Counted from the stretch's first letter, positions 10,302 through 20,222 are shown. The stretch is DNA of 64,000 bases from Candidatus Woesebacteria bacterium (GCA_035450165.1 DAOTMI010000001.1:45888-109887), one strand, 5' to 3'. Numbers and translations: made by a program. The notes: generated by a model from the sequence alone, not told the origin.

Positions 10302-11045
10302 TTACCGCCTTCTCTTAATAATTAATTTATTGGATTGCTTTTTCTTCTTGCGAGTTTTTTTACCCATGGCTGGTTTACCCCAAGGAGTTTTAGGATTCAT
10401 TCCTACTCCCGACCTACCCTCACCACCACCGTGGGGATGAGCGGCCGGATGCTGAGCAACTCCACGAACCGTGGGCCGAATACCTCGGTGACGTTTTTGT
10501 CCTGCTTTCGTTAATTTTAAATTAATATAATCAGCATTACCTACTTGACCAATAGTCGCCCGGCTGTCAGCTTTAAAAATCCTGATTTCTCCGCTGGGCA
10601 ACTTCACTATCGCCTGATCGTTCTCAATACTTTGAATCAAAGCACTCGTTCCGGCACTTTTTACTACCTGAGCCGGTCTATCTTTTGAATAGGCCAAACC
10701 GTGAATAGGAACGCCAACAGGAATATTCTTTAGACAAAGACAATTGCCATCTTTAATGGGGGCATTGTCCGAAGAAATAATCACATCACCTACTTTTAAA
10801 TTAGTTGGAGCTAAAATATAACCCCGACGACCATTCTCGTAGTTAATCAGGGCAATGGGGGCATTTCGATTAGGGTCATAACCAATCCATTTTACTTTTG
10901 CCGTAATATCAATCATATTCCTTGCCCAATCAATTTCTCTCAAAAACCGTTTGGCCTCACCCCCATGGTGGCGAACACTTATTCGGCCAGAATTATCCCG
11001 ACCGCCTGTTTTTTTTCTAATAGTCATTAATTGTTTAATTTTCAT
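10302..11045 (-). CDS. rplB: 50S ribosomal protein L2 (short N-terminus)
   Basis: [35 protein letters not shown]. Confidence 0.98.
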   Translation of the reverse strand: MKIKQLMTIRKKTGGRDNSGRISVRHHGGEAKRFLREIDWARNMIDITAKVKWIGYDPNRNAPIALINYENGRRGYILAPTNLKVGDVIISSDNAPIKDGNCLCLKNIPVGVPIHGLAYSKDRPAQVVKSAGTSALIQSIENDQAIVKLPSGEIRIFKADSRATIGQVGNADYINLKLTKAGQKRHRGIRPTVRGVAQHPAAHPHGGGEGRSGVGMNPKTPWGKPAMGKKTRKKKKQSNKLIIKRRR

Positions 11046-11329
11046 TTTTTAGTTTTTATAGTCAAAATATCAATCTTTTTATCCTTAGGAAGAGTAATAA
11101 CCGCTATCTTCCTGTCGGTCTTCTTAATTAACCGACGTTGCTGCCAATTAGTTTTTACCTTACCCTTAATTCGTCGGGTATTAATCCTTAGCGGTTTAAT
11201 ACCGAACATCTGTTCAAAAGCAATAGCAATTTGAAACTTATTAGCCTTAGAAGCCACCAGAAAAGTATACCGGCCTTGCTGCTGGTTAATTAAAGCTTTT
11301 TCGGTAACAATAGGCTTATTTAAAATCAT
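11042..11329 (-). CDS. rplW: 50S ribosomal protein L23
   Basis: PIVTEKA, YTFLV..ANKFQI, KIAVITL. Confidence 0.95.
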   Translation of the reverse strand: MILNKPIVTEKALINQQQGRYTFLVASKANKFQIAIAFEQMFGIKPLRINTRRIKGKVKTNWQQRRLIKKTDRKIAVITLPKDKKIDILTIKTKK

Positions 11330-11948
11330 TTAAAGCTTTTCGAGTAAAAATTAAAAAATTTTTATCAGCCAGATTAAAAATATTAAGGGAATGAAGATTA
11401 AGCACTTCAATTCCAGGCAAATTACCAAAAGCCCGTTTAACATTTTTTAAAGGTCTACTAGTAATTATGCCAATTCTACGGCTTTTCGATAATACTTCAT
11501 TTGTCTTAGAAAGACAAGTAATCAAGCCGTCAGCCATTTTAGTTTTGGCTTCTAATTGAGATAAACCGTCAATAACCATGATTCTTTTATCCTGGGCTAA
11601 TCTGGCTAAAACAGATAATATCGCTAACCGCCTTTGTTTTTGAGGTAATTTTAATTTAAAATTCTGATTTCCCCGAGGGCCATGAGCTCTGCCACCGCCA
11701 ACAAACTGAGGGGCTTTAGCTGTTCCATGCCGGGCTCGGCCAGTGCCTTTTTGAGCCCACATCTTTTTGGTTGTTCCCACAACTTCTCCTCGACTTTTAG
11801 TTTTTGCCCGGGAGCAACGTTGATTATTTAAAAAAACACGGACTGCCTGGGCAATTAGTTTATCATTGCCCTGTGCCAAACTAATAACCTTCGGTAAGAT
11901 CATTTCACCACTAACTTCACCTTTAATGTTATAAACTATGAGTTTCAT
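11316..11948 (-). CDS. rplD: 50S ribosomal protein L4
   Basis: KTKSRGEV, QKGTGRARHG, GGGRAHGP. Confidence 0.97.
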   Translation of the reverse strand: MKLIVYNIKGEVSGEMILPKVISLAQGNDKLIAQAVRVFLNNQRCSRAKTKSRGEVVGTTKKMWAQKGTGRARHGTAKAPQFVGGGRAHGPRGNQNFKLKLPQKQRRLAILSVLARLAQDKRIMVIDGLSQLEAKTKMADGLITCLSKTNEVLSKSRRIGIITSRPLKNVKRAFGNLPGIEVLNLHSLNIFNLADKNFLIFTRKALNDFK

Positions 11949-12493
11949 TTTTTATTTTTCCTGATTAAAATCCAGGAATTAGGCGCTCCGGGAACAGGAC
12001 CGGAAACAATAATTTGATTTTTATCTTTCAACAAAGCAACAATTTTAAGTCCCTTAATCGTTTGAGTTTTATTGCCATAATGACCAGGCATTTTTTTACC
12101 TTTAACAATTTTTCCGGGAGTTTGAGCGCCAACAGCTCCGGGGGCCCGAGTCCGATCGGATTGACCACCAGTTACCGGCTGACGATGAAAACCATGGCGT
12201 TTTAAAACCCCGGCAAAACCCCGCCCTTTAGAAATCCCGGTTACCATAACCCGATCACCCTCTTGAAAAACTAAATCGGGAGTAATAATATCCCCAACTT
12301 TAGGACATTGATCACCGGTAACTTCAAATTCCTTATGGTGATTTTTCCCATACGCCACCTGGACTTTGGTGTTACTAATAATTCTTGTCACAGTTACAGG
12401 AATAACTTTTAAGGTAGTTACTCCCTTTTGTTTTGCTTCTTGATCAAAAATTCTTGTCATTGGGCCTTTTTGGGCCATATAGCCACTAATCAT
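11945..12493 (-). CDS. rplC: 50S ribosomal protein L3 (shortened)
   Basis: VTGISKGRGFAGVLKRHGF, RAPGAVG, KGKKMPGHYG, GPVPG. Confidence 0.96.
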   Translation of the reverse strand: MISGYMAQKGPMTRIFDQEAKQKGVTTLKVIPVTVTRIISNTKVQVAYGKNHHKEFEVTGDQCPKVGDIITPDLVFQEGDRVMVTGISKGRGFAGVLKRHGFHRQPVTGGQSDRTRAPGAVGAQTPGKIVKGKKMPGHYGNKTQTIKGLKIVALLKDKNQIIVSGPVPGAPNSWILIRKNKK

Positions 12494-12494
12494 T

Positions 12495-12806
12495 TTACAT
12501 TTTCACCTCAACTTCAACGCCAGAAGGGAGATCGAGATGTTGAAGACTGTCAACCGTTCGCAGACTGGTATTGCTGATGTCAATCAAACGTTTATGCGTT
12601 CTGATCTCAAAATGCTCCCGGGCATCCTTATCAGTATGGGGGCTTGTTAAAACAGTAATGATTTTCCTGGAAGTCGGCAGAGGAATTGGACCTTGAACTA
12701 CGGCTCCAGCAGTTACCGCCGCCTCAACAATTTTCAACGCCGCTTCATCAACAAGACGGTGATCAAACGATTTTAGCTTAATGCGGATGCGACTACCTTT
12801 AACCAT
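12495..12806 (-). CDS. rpsJ: 30S ribosomal protein S10
   Basis: [33 protein letters not shown]. Confidence 0.98.
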   Translation of the reverse strand: MVKGSRIRIKLKSFDHRLVDEAALKIVEAAVTAGAVVQGPIPLPTSRKIITVLTSPHTDKDAREHFEIRTHKRLIDISNTSLRTVDSLQHLDLPSGVEVEVKM

Positions 12807-12833
12807 AGTTTTTCAAGGTGCAAAATAATTTTT

Positions 12834-14006
12834 TTATTTAATCACTTCGGTGATAGCTCCGGCACCGACGGTTAAACCGCCTTCCCGGATAGCAAAGCGC
12901 TGACCTACCTCCATGGCGACCGGTTTGATCAGGGTAATCTCCACGTTAGTATTGTCCCCCGGCATAATCATCTCTGTTCCTTCAGGAAGTTTAACATCAC
13001 CGGTAACATCGGTCGTTCCGATAAAGACTTGTGGTCGATAACCGGTAAAAACCGGGGTATGACGCCCACCTTCTTCTTTTTTTAACAAATAAATTTCAGC
13101 CTTAAACTGGGTATGGGGCGTAATTGTCCCCGACTTAGCCACTACCTGGCCTCGTTCAATATCGTCTTTTTCTACTCCCCGCAGAAGTAAACCAACATTG
13201 TCGCCAGCCTGACCTTCCTCTAACTGTTTGTGAAACATTTCGACCCCGGTTACTACTACCTTTTTAGTTGGCCTCAGGCCGACAATTTCAACCTCATCGT
13301 TAATTTTCACCTTACCTCTTCCAATCCGGCCGGTCGCCACCGTTCCTCGACCTTTAATAGAAAAGACATCTTCAATCGGCATCAAAAACGGCTTATCCAA
13401 TTCTCTCTTGGGTTCAGGAATATAAGTATCGAGAGCTTCAACTAATTTTTTAATAGACTCTACTGCCTCTGGATCACCCTCTAACGCTTTCAGGGCTGAA
13501 CCACGAATAATTGGCACTTCATCACCTGGAAAACCATATTTTTTCAATAAATCCCTGATTTCTATCTCAACAAGATCTAAAAACTCCGGGTCATCAACTA
13601 AATCAACTTTATTTAAATAAACAACCATTGCCGGAACGTTAACTTGTTTCGCTAGAAGAACGTGTTCTCTTGTTTGAGGCATTGGACCATCGGGTGCCGA
13701 GACGACCAAGATAGCTCCATCCATTTGAGCCGCACCGGTAATCATGTTTTTGACATAATCATGATGGCCGGGGCAATCAATATGGGCATAATGCCTTTTG
13801 TCCGATTCATATTCCAAATGGGAAATAGCAATCGTCACAATTTTAGAGGCATCACGTACTGTTCCTCCCTTAGCTATTTCAGCATAAGACTTTGGATTAC
13901 CTTGAATTTTGGAAATAGCCGCTGATAAGGTAGTTTTCCCATGGTCAACATGACCGATAGTACCAACATTAACGTGGGGTTTAGTTCTTTGATAAGTTGC
14001 CGCCAT
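12834..14006 (-). CDS. tuf: Elongation factor Tu
   Basis: [29 protein letters not shown]; non-canonical switch I. Confidence 0.99.
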   Translation of the reverse strand: MAATYQRTKPHVNVGTIGHVDHGKTTLSAAISKIQGNPKSYAEIAKGGTVRDASKIVTIAISHLEYESDKRHYAHIDCPGHHDYVKNMITGAAQMDGAILVVSAPDGPMPQTREHVLLAKQVNVPAMVVYLNKVDLVDDPEFLDLVEIEIRDLLKKYGFPGDEVPIIRGSALKALEGDPEAVESIKKLVEALDTYIPEPKRELDKPFLMPIEDVFSIKGRGTVATGRIGRGKVKINDEVEIVGLRPTKKVVVTGVEMFHKQLEEGQAGDNVGLLLRGVEKDDIERGQVVAKSGTITPHTQFKAEIYLLKKEEGGRHTPVFTGYRPQVFIGTTDVTGDVKLPEGTEMIMPGDNTNVEITLIKPVAMEVGQRFAIREGGLTVGAGAITEVIK

Positions 14007-14065
14007 AATTTTTTATAAAAACAAAAATATAATAATTAGTCTATTTTAGCTTAAAAGACTTTAGA

Positions 14066-14094
14066 ATTGTAGCAGGAGATAAAAAACAATGCAA
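14066..14094 (-). promoter_or_regulatory. Putative sigma70 promoter for tuf-S10 operon
   Basis: Minus strand TTGCAT-17 nt-TACAAT with extended TG. Confidence 0.6.
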
Positions 14095-14142
14095 GCGTGA
14101 AATTATACCGTGTTATACCTACTCCTGCCTATTCTTATCTAT

Positions 14143-15153
14143 CTACCAAAATCTTCCAAAGGGATTAAGAATTTCAATCTTGCCAGCCTGGGTATCGCTT
14201 AAACCGCAATAAAGTTGAACCTTTTCAAGATAATGTGGCTCATTCTCAATCTTTTGCAAACCGCCGGGCATAATAATATCTTCTAATTCCGGCCTTTTCG
14301 CCGGTCCGGGCGGAAAATCTTTTCTAAGGGCAACAATTCTCATATTTGAGAATTGGAAATCCTTCGGATTAAATTCAAAAACCATCGCCGCGTAATGTTT
14401 AGAACCGTCTAACTCCATTGAAGCGATATGACCTAAAACGCCGATTCGCCCGTCTTTTAATAAATAAGCATTATCAACTCCACCCCATTCTAATTCTTTG
14501 AATTGATTTTCAATAATCCTTGCTTTAGAAATGACATCCTGATTCAAATCTTCCAAAGAATTAATAACTGTAAAACCGATTTTCCCTCGGCCTGCTTTTT
14601 CCCCCTGTGGTCGGGTAAAAACACCAATTTTTTTATCAGCTAATTCAACTAGGCGAATATTCTTCATCATCCTCGGTCCTTCGGTAAATTTTCTAAAGTC
14701 TTTAAAGTTACTGCCCTGAAAGAAAACTGTTTTATATTCAAGCTCGCCTTCTTTGAATCGAGAAGGGGTAACTATTACTCCGTTTAGAACATACCTATTT
14801 TTTATGGTCGTTAAAAAGGGGTCCTGCATCGACCAATAAAAAAGATCTTTAGCTAGCCACCAGCTGTTATCTTTTGGTTCGTAAATAAAGAAGCAGGAAA
14901 TACTGTTTTTTTCCGATCCGCGCGGCTCAACCCGACCTAATAAATAAAGGTTACCATCCTTCTTAATAGGAGCGCTTATATTATAAACATCTTTTTGACC
15001 AACCCCCTTTACTTCTAAAATTTCTCCCCGGACAAAATTCGGTTCGGTTTCTTCATATTTACTCAAAAGCTCCCGGTAGCTTTGGGGTTGGGATTTTGAT
15101 CCCTGCAATTCCGATTCTCTTAAATTTTTTGGACAGGCATCTGGGATCATCAT
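14143..15153 (-). CDS. DUF1861 family protein (beta-propeller, mannoside transferase/phosphorylase-like)
   Basis: DVYNISAP..GRVEPR, QDPF, MKNIRLVEL..KIGVFTRPQG..GRGKIGF, EWGG, GVLGHIA..HYAAM, YCGLSD. Confidence 0.8.
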   Translation of the reverse strand: MMIPDACPKNLRESELQGSKSQPQSYRELLSKYEETEPNFVRGEILEVKGVGQKDVYNISAPIKKDGNLYLLGRVEPRGSEKNSISCFFIYEPKDNSWWLAKDLFYWSMQDPFLTTIKNRYVLNGVIVTPSRFKEGELEYKTVFFQGSNFKDFRKFTEGPRMMKNIRLVELADKKIGVFTRPQGEKAGRGKIGFTVINSLEDLNQDVISKARIIENQFKELEWGGVDNAYLLKDGRIGVLGHIASMELDGSKHYAAMVFEFNPKDFQFSNMRIVALRKDFPPGPAKRPELEDIIMPGGLQKIENEPHYLEKVQLYCGLSDTQAGKIEILNPFGRFW

Positions 15154-15159
15154 GGACTG

Positions 15160-17265
15160 TTAAGACTTCTTGACTCCGGGTTTAGTCAATTCTGCCTGAA
15201 TTTCGCAGGGAACGGGATCATAGCGCGATAATTCCATATAAAATAAACCCCGACCTTGAGTTAGAGAACGAATAGTAGTCGCATAACCACGGACAGCTTC
15301 CAGAGGAATAAAACAATCAATAGTCGTAATACCATAAAGCTCTTTAGTATTACTAATTTGGCCCCTCCTTGACGATAAATCACCGATAACTGCCCCCAAA
15401 AACTCTGATGGTGTTTCTACCTCCATTTTCATAATCGGCTCCAAAATCAGCGGTTTAGCCTGTTCGAAAGCTTCTTTGACAGCAAAAGAACCGGCCAATT
15501 TAAAGGCCATTTCGCTGGAATCAACTTCATGGTAAGTACCATCAAAAACAGTAACTTTTAAATCAGTACAGGGATAGCCGGCAATAATCCCTTTAGATAG
15601 GGTTTCCCGAACCCCTTTTTCAATCGCCGGAATGAAATTAGCCGGAATAGCACCGCCTTTGACGGCGTTAATAAACTCTACTCCCTGACCTCTTTCCTTA
15701 GGTTCAACCCGCAGCCAGCAATGACCATATTGGCCATGACCGCCGGATTGATGAATATATTTTCCCTCAGCTTCGGCCTTTTCTGAAATAGTCTCCCGAT
15801 AGGCCACCTGAGGAGCTCCGGTTTTAACATTAACTCCAAATTCCCGTCTCAACCGATCAATAATAATTTCCAAATACAGTTCACCCATACCGGAAATAAT
15901 GGTTTGGCCGGTTTCATGGTCATAAAAAACTTTAAAAGTCGGGTCTTCGATTGCCAATTTATTTAAAGCCTGACCCATTTTTTCCTGATCATCGGCTGTT
16001 TGGGGTTCAATAGCCAGAGAAATAACTGGTTCGGCAAAACGAATCGGCAGAAGAGAAATGGGCTGATTGCGATCACAGAGAGTGTCACCGGTGGCCGATT
16101 CTTTTAAACCAATACAAGCGACAATTTCTCCAGCAAAACCTTCCTCAATCCCTTCCCGTTTATCGGCGTGCATCAAAAGCAGCCGGCCAATTCGTTCGGT
16201 AGTTTTTCGGGTGGCATTATAAACTTCAGAACCAGCCTTTAAAACACCGGAATATATCCTAACATAGGATAAAGTTCCCACATGAGAATCAGCCTGAACT
16301 TTAAATAAAAGGGCTGATAACGGCTCTTCCCGTAAAGGCTTGCGGGTAATTTTCGCCTCAGTTTCCACATCATAACCTTCAACCGGGGGCAGATCTAACG
16401 GTGACGGTAAATAATCGACGATACCGTCCAAAACTGGTTGGATGCCTTTATTTCGCCAAGCCGAACCACAATAAACCGGAAAAAGTTTTCTTTCAATAGT
16501 TGCCTTTCTTAAAACTCTTTTTAAATCTTCAACTTTAATTTCCTCATCGTTTAAAAATTTCTCCATTAAAACTTCGTCCTGGCCAGCGATTGCTTCGACC
16601 ATTTTAGTTCGAACTTCTTCAATTTTATCCTTATCTTCAGGATTTAATTCCTTAGTGGTAAAATTAATCCCCTGTTCATCTTGATCCCAAACCAGCATTT
16701 TCCGGGTCATTAAATCAACCACTCCCATAAATTCATGCTCTTTACCAATTGGGTAAACTACCGGAACTGCAGTTACCCTTAATTTTTCCCTGATACTCTT
16801 AAGAACTAAATTAATATCGGAGCCGATTTTATCCATTTTATTGATAAAAACGATTCGGGGCACTCCATACCGATCAGCCTGACGCCAAACTGTTTCTGAC
16901 TGAGCTTGAACACCGGCATTGCCATCAAAAACCATTACCGCTCCATCCAAAACTCGGAGGGATCGCTCCACTTCAGCGGTGAAATCGACATGGCCGGGAG
17001 TATCAATAATATTAAAACGGTGATTTTTCCAAAAAGTCGTAATACAAGCGGATTGAATAGTAATTCCCCGTTCTTTTTCTTGAATCATAAAATCAGTGGT
17101 CGTTGTCCCTTCATCAACTATACCTATTTTATGGATTTTTCCAGTATAAAACAAAATCCGTTCGGTAGTTGTCGTCTTGCCGGCGTCAATATGGGCAATA
17201 ATACCAATATTACGGACTTTTTCTATCGCGACGTCGCGGTTTTTAGTTATTTTAATCGCTTCCAT
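15160..17265 (-). CDS. fusA: Elongation factor G
   Basis: RNIGIIAHIDAGKTTTTERIL, DTPGHVDF, NKMD, QSGGHGQYGH. Confidence 0.99.
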   Translation of the reverse strand: MEAIKITKNRDVAIEKVRNIGIIAHIDAGKTTTTERILFYTGKIHKIGIVDEGTTTTDFMIQEKERGITIQSACITTFWKNHRFNIIDTPGHVDFTAEVERSLRVLDGAVMVFDGNAGVQAQSETVWRQADRYGVPRIVFINKMDKIGSDINLVLKSIREKLRVTAVPVVYPIGKEHEFMGVVDLMTRKMLVWDQDEQGINFTTKELNPEDKDKIEEVRTKMVEAIAGQDEVLMEKFLNDEEIKVEDLKRVLRKATIERKLFPVYCGSAWRNKGIQPVLDGIVDYLPSPLDLPPVEGYDVETEAKITRKPLREEPLSALLFKVQADSHVGTLSYVRIYSGVLKAGSEVYNATRKTTERIGRLLLMHADKREGIEEGFAGEIVACIGLKESATGDTLCDRNQPISLLPIRFAEPVISLAIEPQTADDQEKMGQALNKLAIEDPTFKVFYDHETGQTIISGMGELYLEIIIDRLRREFGVNVKTGAPQVAYRETISEKAEAEGKYIHQSGGHGQYGHCWLRVEPKERGQGVEFINAVKGGAIPANFIPAIEKGVRETLSKGIIAGYPCTDLKVTVFDGTYHEVDSSEMAFKLAGSFAVKEAFEQAKPLILEPIMKMEVETPSEFLGAVIGDLSSRRGQISNTKELYGITTIDCFIPLEAVRGYATTIRSLTQGRGLFYMELSRYDPVPCEIQAELTKPGVKKS

Positions 17266-17267
17266 AG

Positions 17268-17297
17268 TTAGTAATTAGTAATTAGTAATTAGTAATT
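17268..17297. repeat. Heptamer tandem repeat (TTAGTAA)x4
   Basis: Four exact copies 17268-17295, immediately upstream of the fusA ATG. Confidence 0.95.
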
Positions 17298-17332
17298 GAA
17301 ACATAGTATCATATCATAGATTATACAGAAAC

Positions 17333-18475
17333 ATGAAAAAGAAAATTGCTATAATCGGCGGAGGAATCGGCGGACTAACTGTTGGATATTTTTTAAAGAA
17401 AAAAAATTATGAGGTGACGGTATATGAAAAGGAGAAAGACTTAGGTGGTTTAATGGGGAGTTTTGAAATTAACGGGAAAAAAATTGAAAAAACATATCAT
17501 CATATTTTTGCCAGTGATACGGAAATTATTAATCTAATTAAAGAATTGGGGTTAGATAAACAACTGATTTGGCGGAATGAAAATATGGCCGTGATTTACC
17601 AAAACAAGGTCTACGCTTTTAATTCACCAATCGATTTATTAAGGTTTTCGCCGTTGGATTTAATTGACAAAGTTCGGCTAGGTTTGGTGTCAATTTATTT
17701 ACAAAAAGAAAATAATTACCAAAAATTTGAAAAAATTAAAGCTTACCAATGGATTAAAAAATATTTTGGCAAAAATGTTTATCGAGTTTTATGGCAGCCA
17801 CTTCTAAAGGGAAAGTTCGGCAAGGATTATAAAGAAATAAATATGACCTGGTTTTGGGCCAGAATACATTACCGAGGCCATTCAAAATTGGGATATATGA
17901 AAGGTGGTTTCGGACAAATCATTAACAAATTGTCCAAAAATCTAAATATAATTTATAAAAATGTAAAGGCAGAAAATTTAAAAGGTTATGATCTGATAAT
18001 CGATACATCGCCGATAAAATCGGTAAAATATTTAGGAGCAGTAGATGTAATATTTACCAGTAAACAAAACTTATCAAAGTATTATTGGCATAATATTAAT
18101 GACGAAAAAGCACCATTTGTTGCTTTTATTCAACAGACAAATATGATTGATGATTATGGTAGTCACGTTTACTATATGGGTGGTTATTACCCACAAGATC
18201 ACAAATATTTTAAAGTAAAAGATGAAATAATTTACCAAGAATTCTTTGAATATCTGAAGAAAATATTTAAAGAATTTGAGGCAAAAGAAATTGAAAAAAG
18301 GTGGATATTTAAATTTCCGTACGCTCAACACATGCCCCGCTTCGCGGGAAGTTCCAATAACCAAATTCCAAGAAGCAAATATATTATTCACATGAATTTT
18401 GCGCAAATTTACCCGCAGGATCGGGGAATTAATTACGCAGTCAAACAGTCAAGAGAGTTGGCATCACTACTGTAA
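17333..18475 (+). CDS. FAD/NAD(P)-dependent oxidoreductase (protoporphyrinogen oxidase/amine oxidase-like)
   Basis: IAIIGGGIGGL Rossmann motif, YEKEKDLGGL, YHHIF, QIYPQDRGINYAV; AT-rich. Confidence 0.85.
   Translation: MKKKIAIIGGGIGGLTVGYFLKKKNYEVTVYEKEKDLGGLMGSFEINGKKIEKTYHHIFASDTEIINLIKELGLDKQLIWRNENMAVIYQNKVYAFNSPIDLLRFSPLDLIDKVRLGLVSIYLQKENNYQKFEKIKAYQWIKKYFGKNVYRVLWQPLLKGKFGKDYKEINMTWFWARIHYRGHSKLGYMKGGFGQIINKLSKNLNIIYKNVKAENLKGYDLIIDTSPIKSVKYLGAVDVIFTSKQNLSKYYWHNINDEKAPFVAFIQQTNMIDDYGSHVYYMGGYYPQDHKYFKVKDEIIYQEFFEYLKKIFKEFEAKEIEKRWIFKFPYAQHMPRFAGSSNNQIPRSKYIIHMNFAQIYPQDRGINYAVKQSRELASLL
18336..18379. repeat. In-frame micro-palindrome CCCGC-TTC-GCGGG plus 14-nt direct repeat pair inside oxidoreductase CDS
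   Basis: Hairpin 18336-18348; TTCCAATAACCAAA/TTCCAAGAAGCAAA at 18352-18379; encodes PRFAGSSNNQIPRSK. Confidence 0.6.
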
Positions 18476-18535
18476 AAACACAGCAAACTACGTTTATCCA
18501 GCGAAATTCCGAAATGTATTAAAAATCAAATAGTA

Positions 18536-18576
18536 AAGGCGAGGCCAGCCTGCCGGCAGGTAGGTTTCCTCGCCTT
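18536..18576. repeat. Nested palindrome between convergent genes (possible bidirectional terminator)
   Basis: Outer IR AAGGCGAGG/CCTCGCCTT enclosing CCAGCCTGCCGGCAGGTAGG. Confidence 0.85.
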
Positions 18577-18621
18577 GAGTTGAACAACACTGTCTTAAAT
18601 CGGACAAAAGCGGTCTAGGAC

Positions 18622-19500
18622 TTACATTTGTTCCTTCATTGCCCTCAACCCTTCCTCCAAAGTCTTCATCGCAATTTTCAAAGCCCTGACTTTATCATTG
18701 CTGATAGCTAAATTTTTCTGCCAGGGACGGGAGTTAGCTGGCAGAGTTTCTCGATATGCCTTAAGACTAGTTTGGGGAATAAGCTGGGGATCAAATCCCC
18801 AAATTTTAGCAATTAATTGGCCCATATCGTAGGGTGATTGACTGGAAGAACCGACTAAATGGAAAATACCAGTAGGTTTATTTTCAAAAAAATATTTAAG
18901 GCCCAAGGCGATATCATCAACAAAAGTCGGAGTGATAATTTGATCGGTAAACATCGGCGGCAGACTGTTGGTTTTGAGGCCGTCGATGGCTTTTCGGACC
19001 AAATCTTTTTTGTCGCCAAAATTGGCGCGATAAGGAAAGGAAATACGGACAATACTACTAGGAATACCGGAATTTAAAACTTCCTGCTCGGCAAGATATT
19101 TGGTTTGGCCGTACCATTCGATGGGATTGGGGGCATCGTCTTCGGTATAGGCACCGTCTTTTTTACCATCAAAAACAAAATCGGTGGAAATATTGATCAA
19201 ATATTTATTGTACTTTTTGCATAAATTGACAATATTGCGGGTGCCGATAACATTTAGCTGATAACAAAGGCCATTTTCGTCACCGTTTTGAGCCCAGGCC
19301 TGATTAGTATCAGTAAAAGCGGCCAAATGGAGAAAACAGTCAAAGTCGGAATTTTTAGCAATAGCTTCTTCCAACTGCCGGGGTTCCAAAATAGAAATTC
19401 CCGAAGCCAAGGAAAAATCAACAAAAGTAAAGCTGTTTTTAAATAACTCGACTACCCGCGAACCGACCAAGCCGGACAAACCACTACCGAGAATTTTCAT
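18622..19500 (-). CDS. rfbD: dTDP-4-dehydrorhamnose reductase family (SDR)
   Basis: GLSGLVG, HLAAFTD, ISTDFVFDG, YGQTK (YxxxK), DQIITPT. Confidence 0.85.
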   Translation of the reverse strand: MKILGSGLSGLVGSRVVELFKNSFTFVDFSLASGISILEPRQLEEAIAKNSDFDCFLHLAAFTDTNQAWAQNGDENGLCYQLNVIGTRNIVNLCKKYNKYLINISTDFVFDGKKDGAYTEDDAPNPIEWYGQTKYLAEQEVLNSGIPSSIVRISFPYRANFGDKKDLVRKAIDGLKTNSLPPMFTDQIITPTFVDDIALGLKYFFENKPTGIFHLVGSSSQSPYDMGQLIAKIWGFDPQLIPQTSLKAYRETLPANSRPWQKNLAISNDKVRALKIAMKTLEEGLRAMKEQM

Positions 19501-19571
19501 AAAGAATTATAACAAAAATTAGCTATTCTCTAGCTATTTGTTGGCTAAAGATGTTTTGAGTTTATAATTAA

Positions 19572-19600
19572 TTGACAGGAAGATTATTTCATACTATCAT
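19572..19600 (+). promoter_or_regulatory. Sigma70 promoter driving the + strand insert
   Basis: TTGACA (19572-77), 17 nt spacer, TATCAT (19595-600). Confidence 0.65.
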
Positions 19601-19812
19601 TGGTTAATATTTTAACCGATTCTTTAAAAAATATTTGGGAAAATAGGGTTAATAATAAGGTTTTAGTAAAAATAATAAAGAGAGATTTTGATGGTAAATG
19701 CGGAAAGTGTGTCGATCGATATGTTTGTGGTGGCTGTAGAGCTAGAGCTATGGTATTAAATAATAATATTCTAGGAGCTGACCCATATTGTTTATTATGT
19801 TTATTATGTTGA
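19600..19812 (+). pseudogene. C-terminal SPASM-domain fragment of a radical SAM protein
   Basis: NILTDSLKNIW...GKCGKC....CGGCRARA...LGADPYC; no radical SAM core upstream. Confidence 0.75.
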
Positions 19813-20222
19813 TTATTAAAAAAGCATTAAAAAAAGATACCGATTTTATTTTACAGATAACTCGGGAAAACATGTCTAGTTTGTTGGTTTGGAATGATGA
19901 AAAATTCCTTAATAATTTGAAAATAAAAAATATTTATATTGTCTTTAAAGATAGTAAAAAAATAGGTCTGGTGGATTGCGAGAAAATCAAAGGGAATTTG
20001 TATATCCATAACCTTCAAGTGAATAAAGAATTTTGGGGTCAGGGTATTGGTAAAACAATTATGGAGTATGTTGATAATTTAGCCAAAATAATGAAATGTA
20101 AAAAAATTGTGTTTAGGGTGTCGCAAAATAATAAAAGGGCAATTACTTTTTATGCAAATTTGGGGTTTCACTATTTAAAAAATGACGATAATTCAAATGG
20201 ATTTTGGGAAAAATTAGTTTAG
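19806..20222 (+). CDS. GNAT family N-acetyltransferase
   Basis: LYIHNLQV..FWGQGIGK acetyl-CoA motif A, N.RAITFY..LGF motif B; likely ATG 19806. Confidence 0.85.
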   Translation: MLIIKKALKKDTDFILQITRENMSSLLVWNDEKFLNNLKIKNIYIVFKDSKKIGLVDCEKIKGNLYIHNLQVNKEFWGQGIGKTIMEYVDNLAKIMKCKKIVFRVSQNNKRAITFYANLGFHYLKNDDNSNGFWEKLV

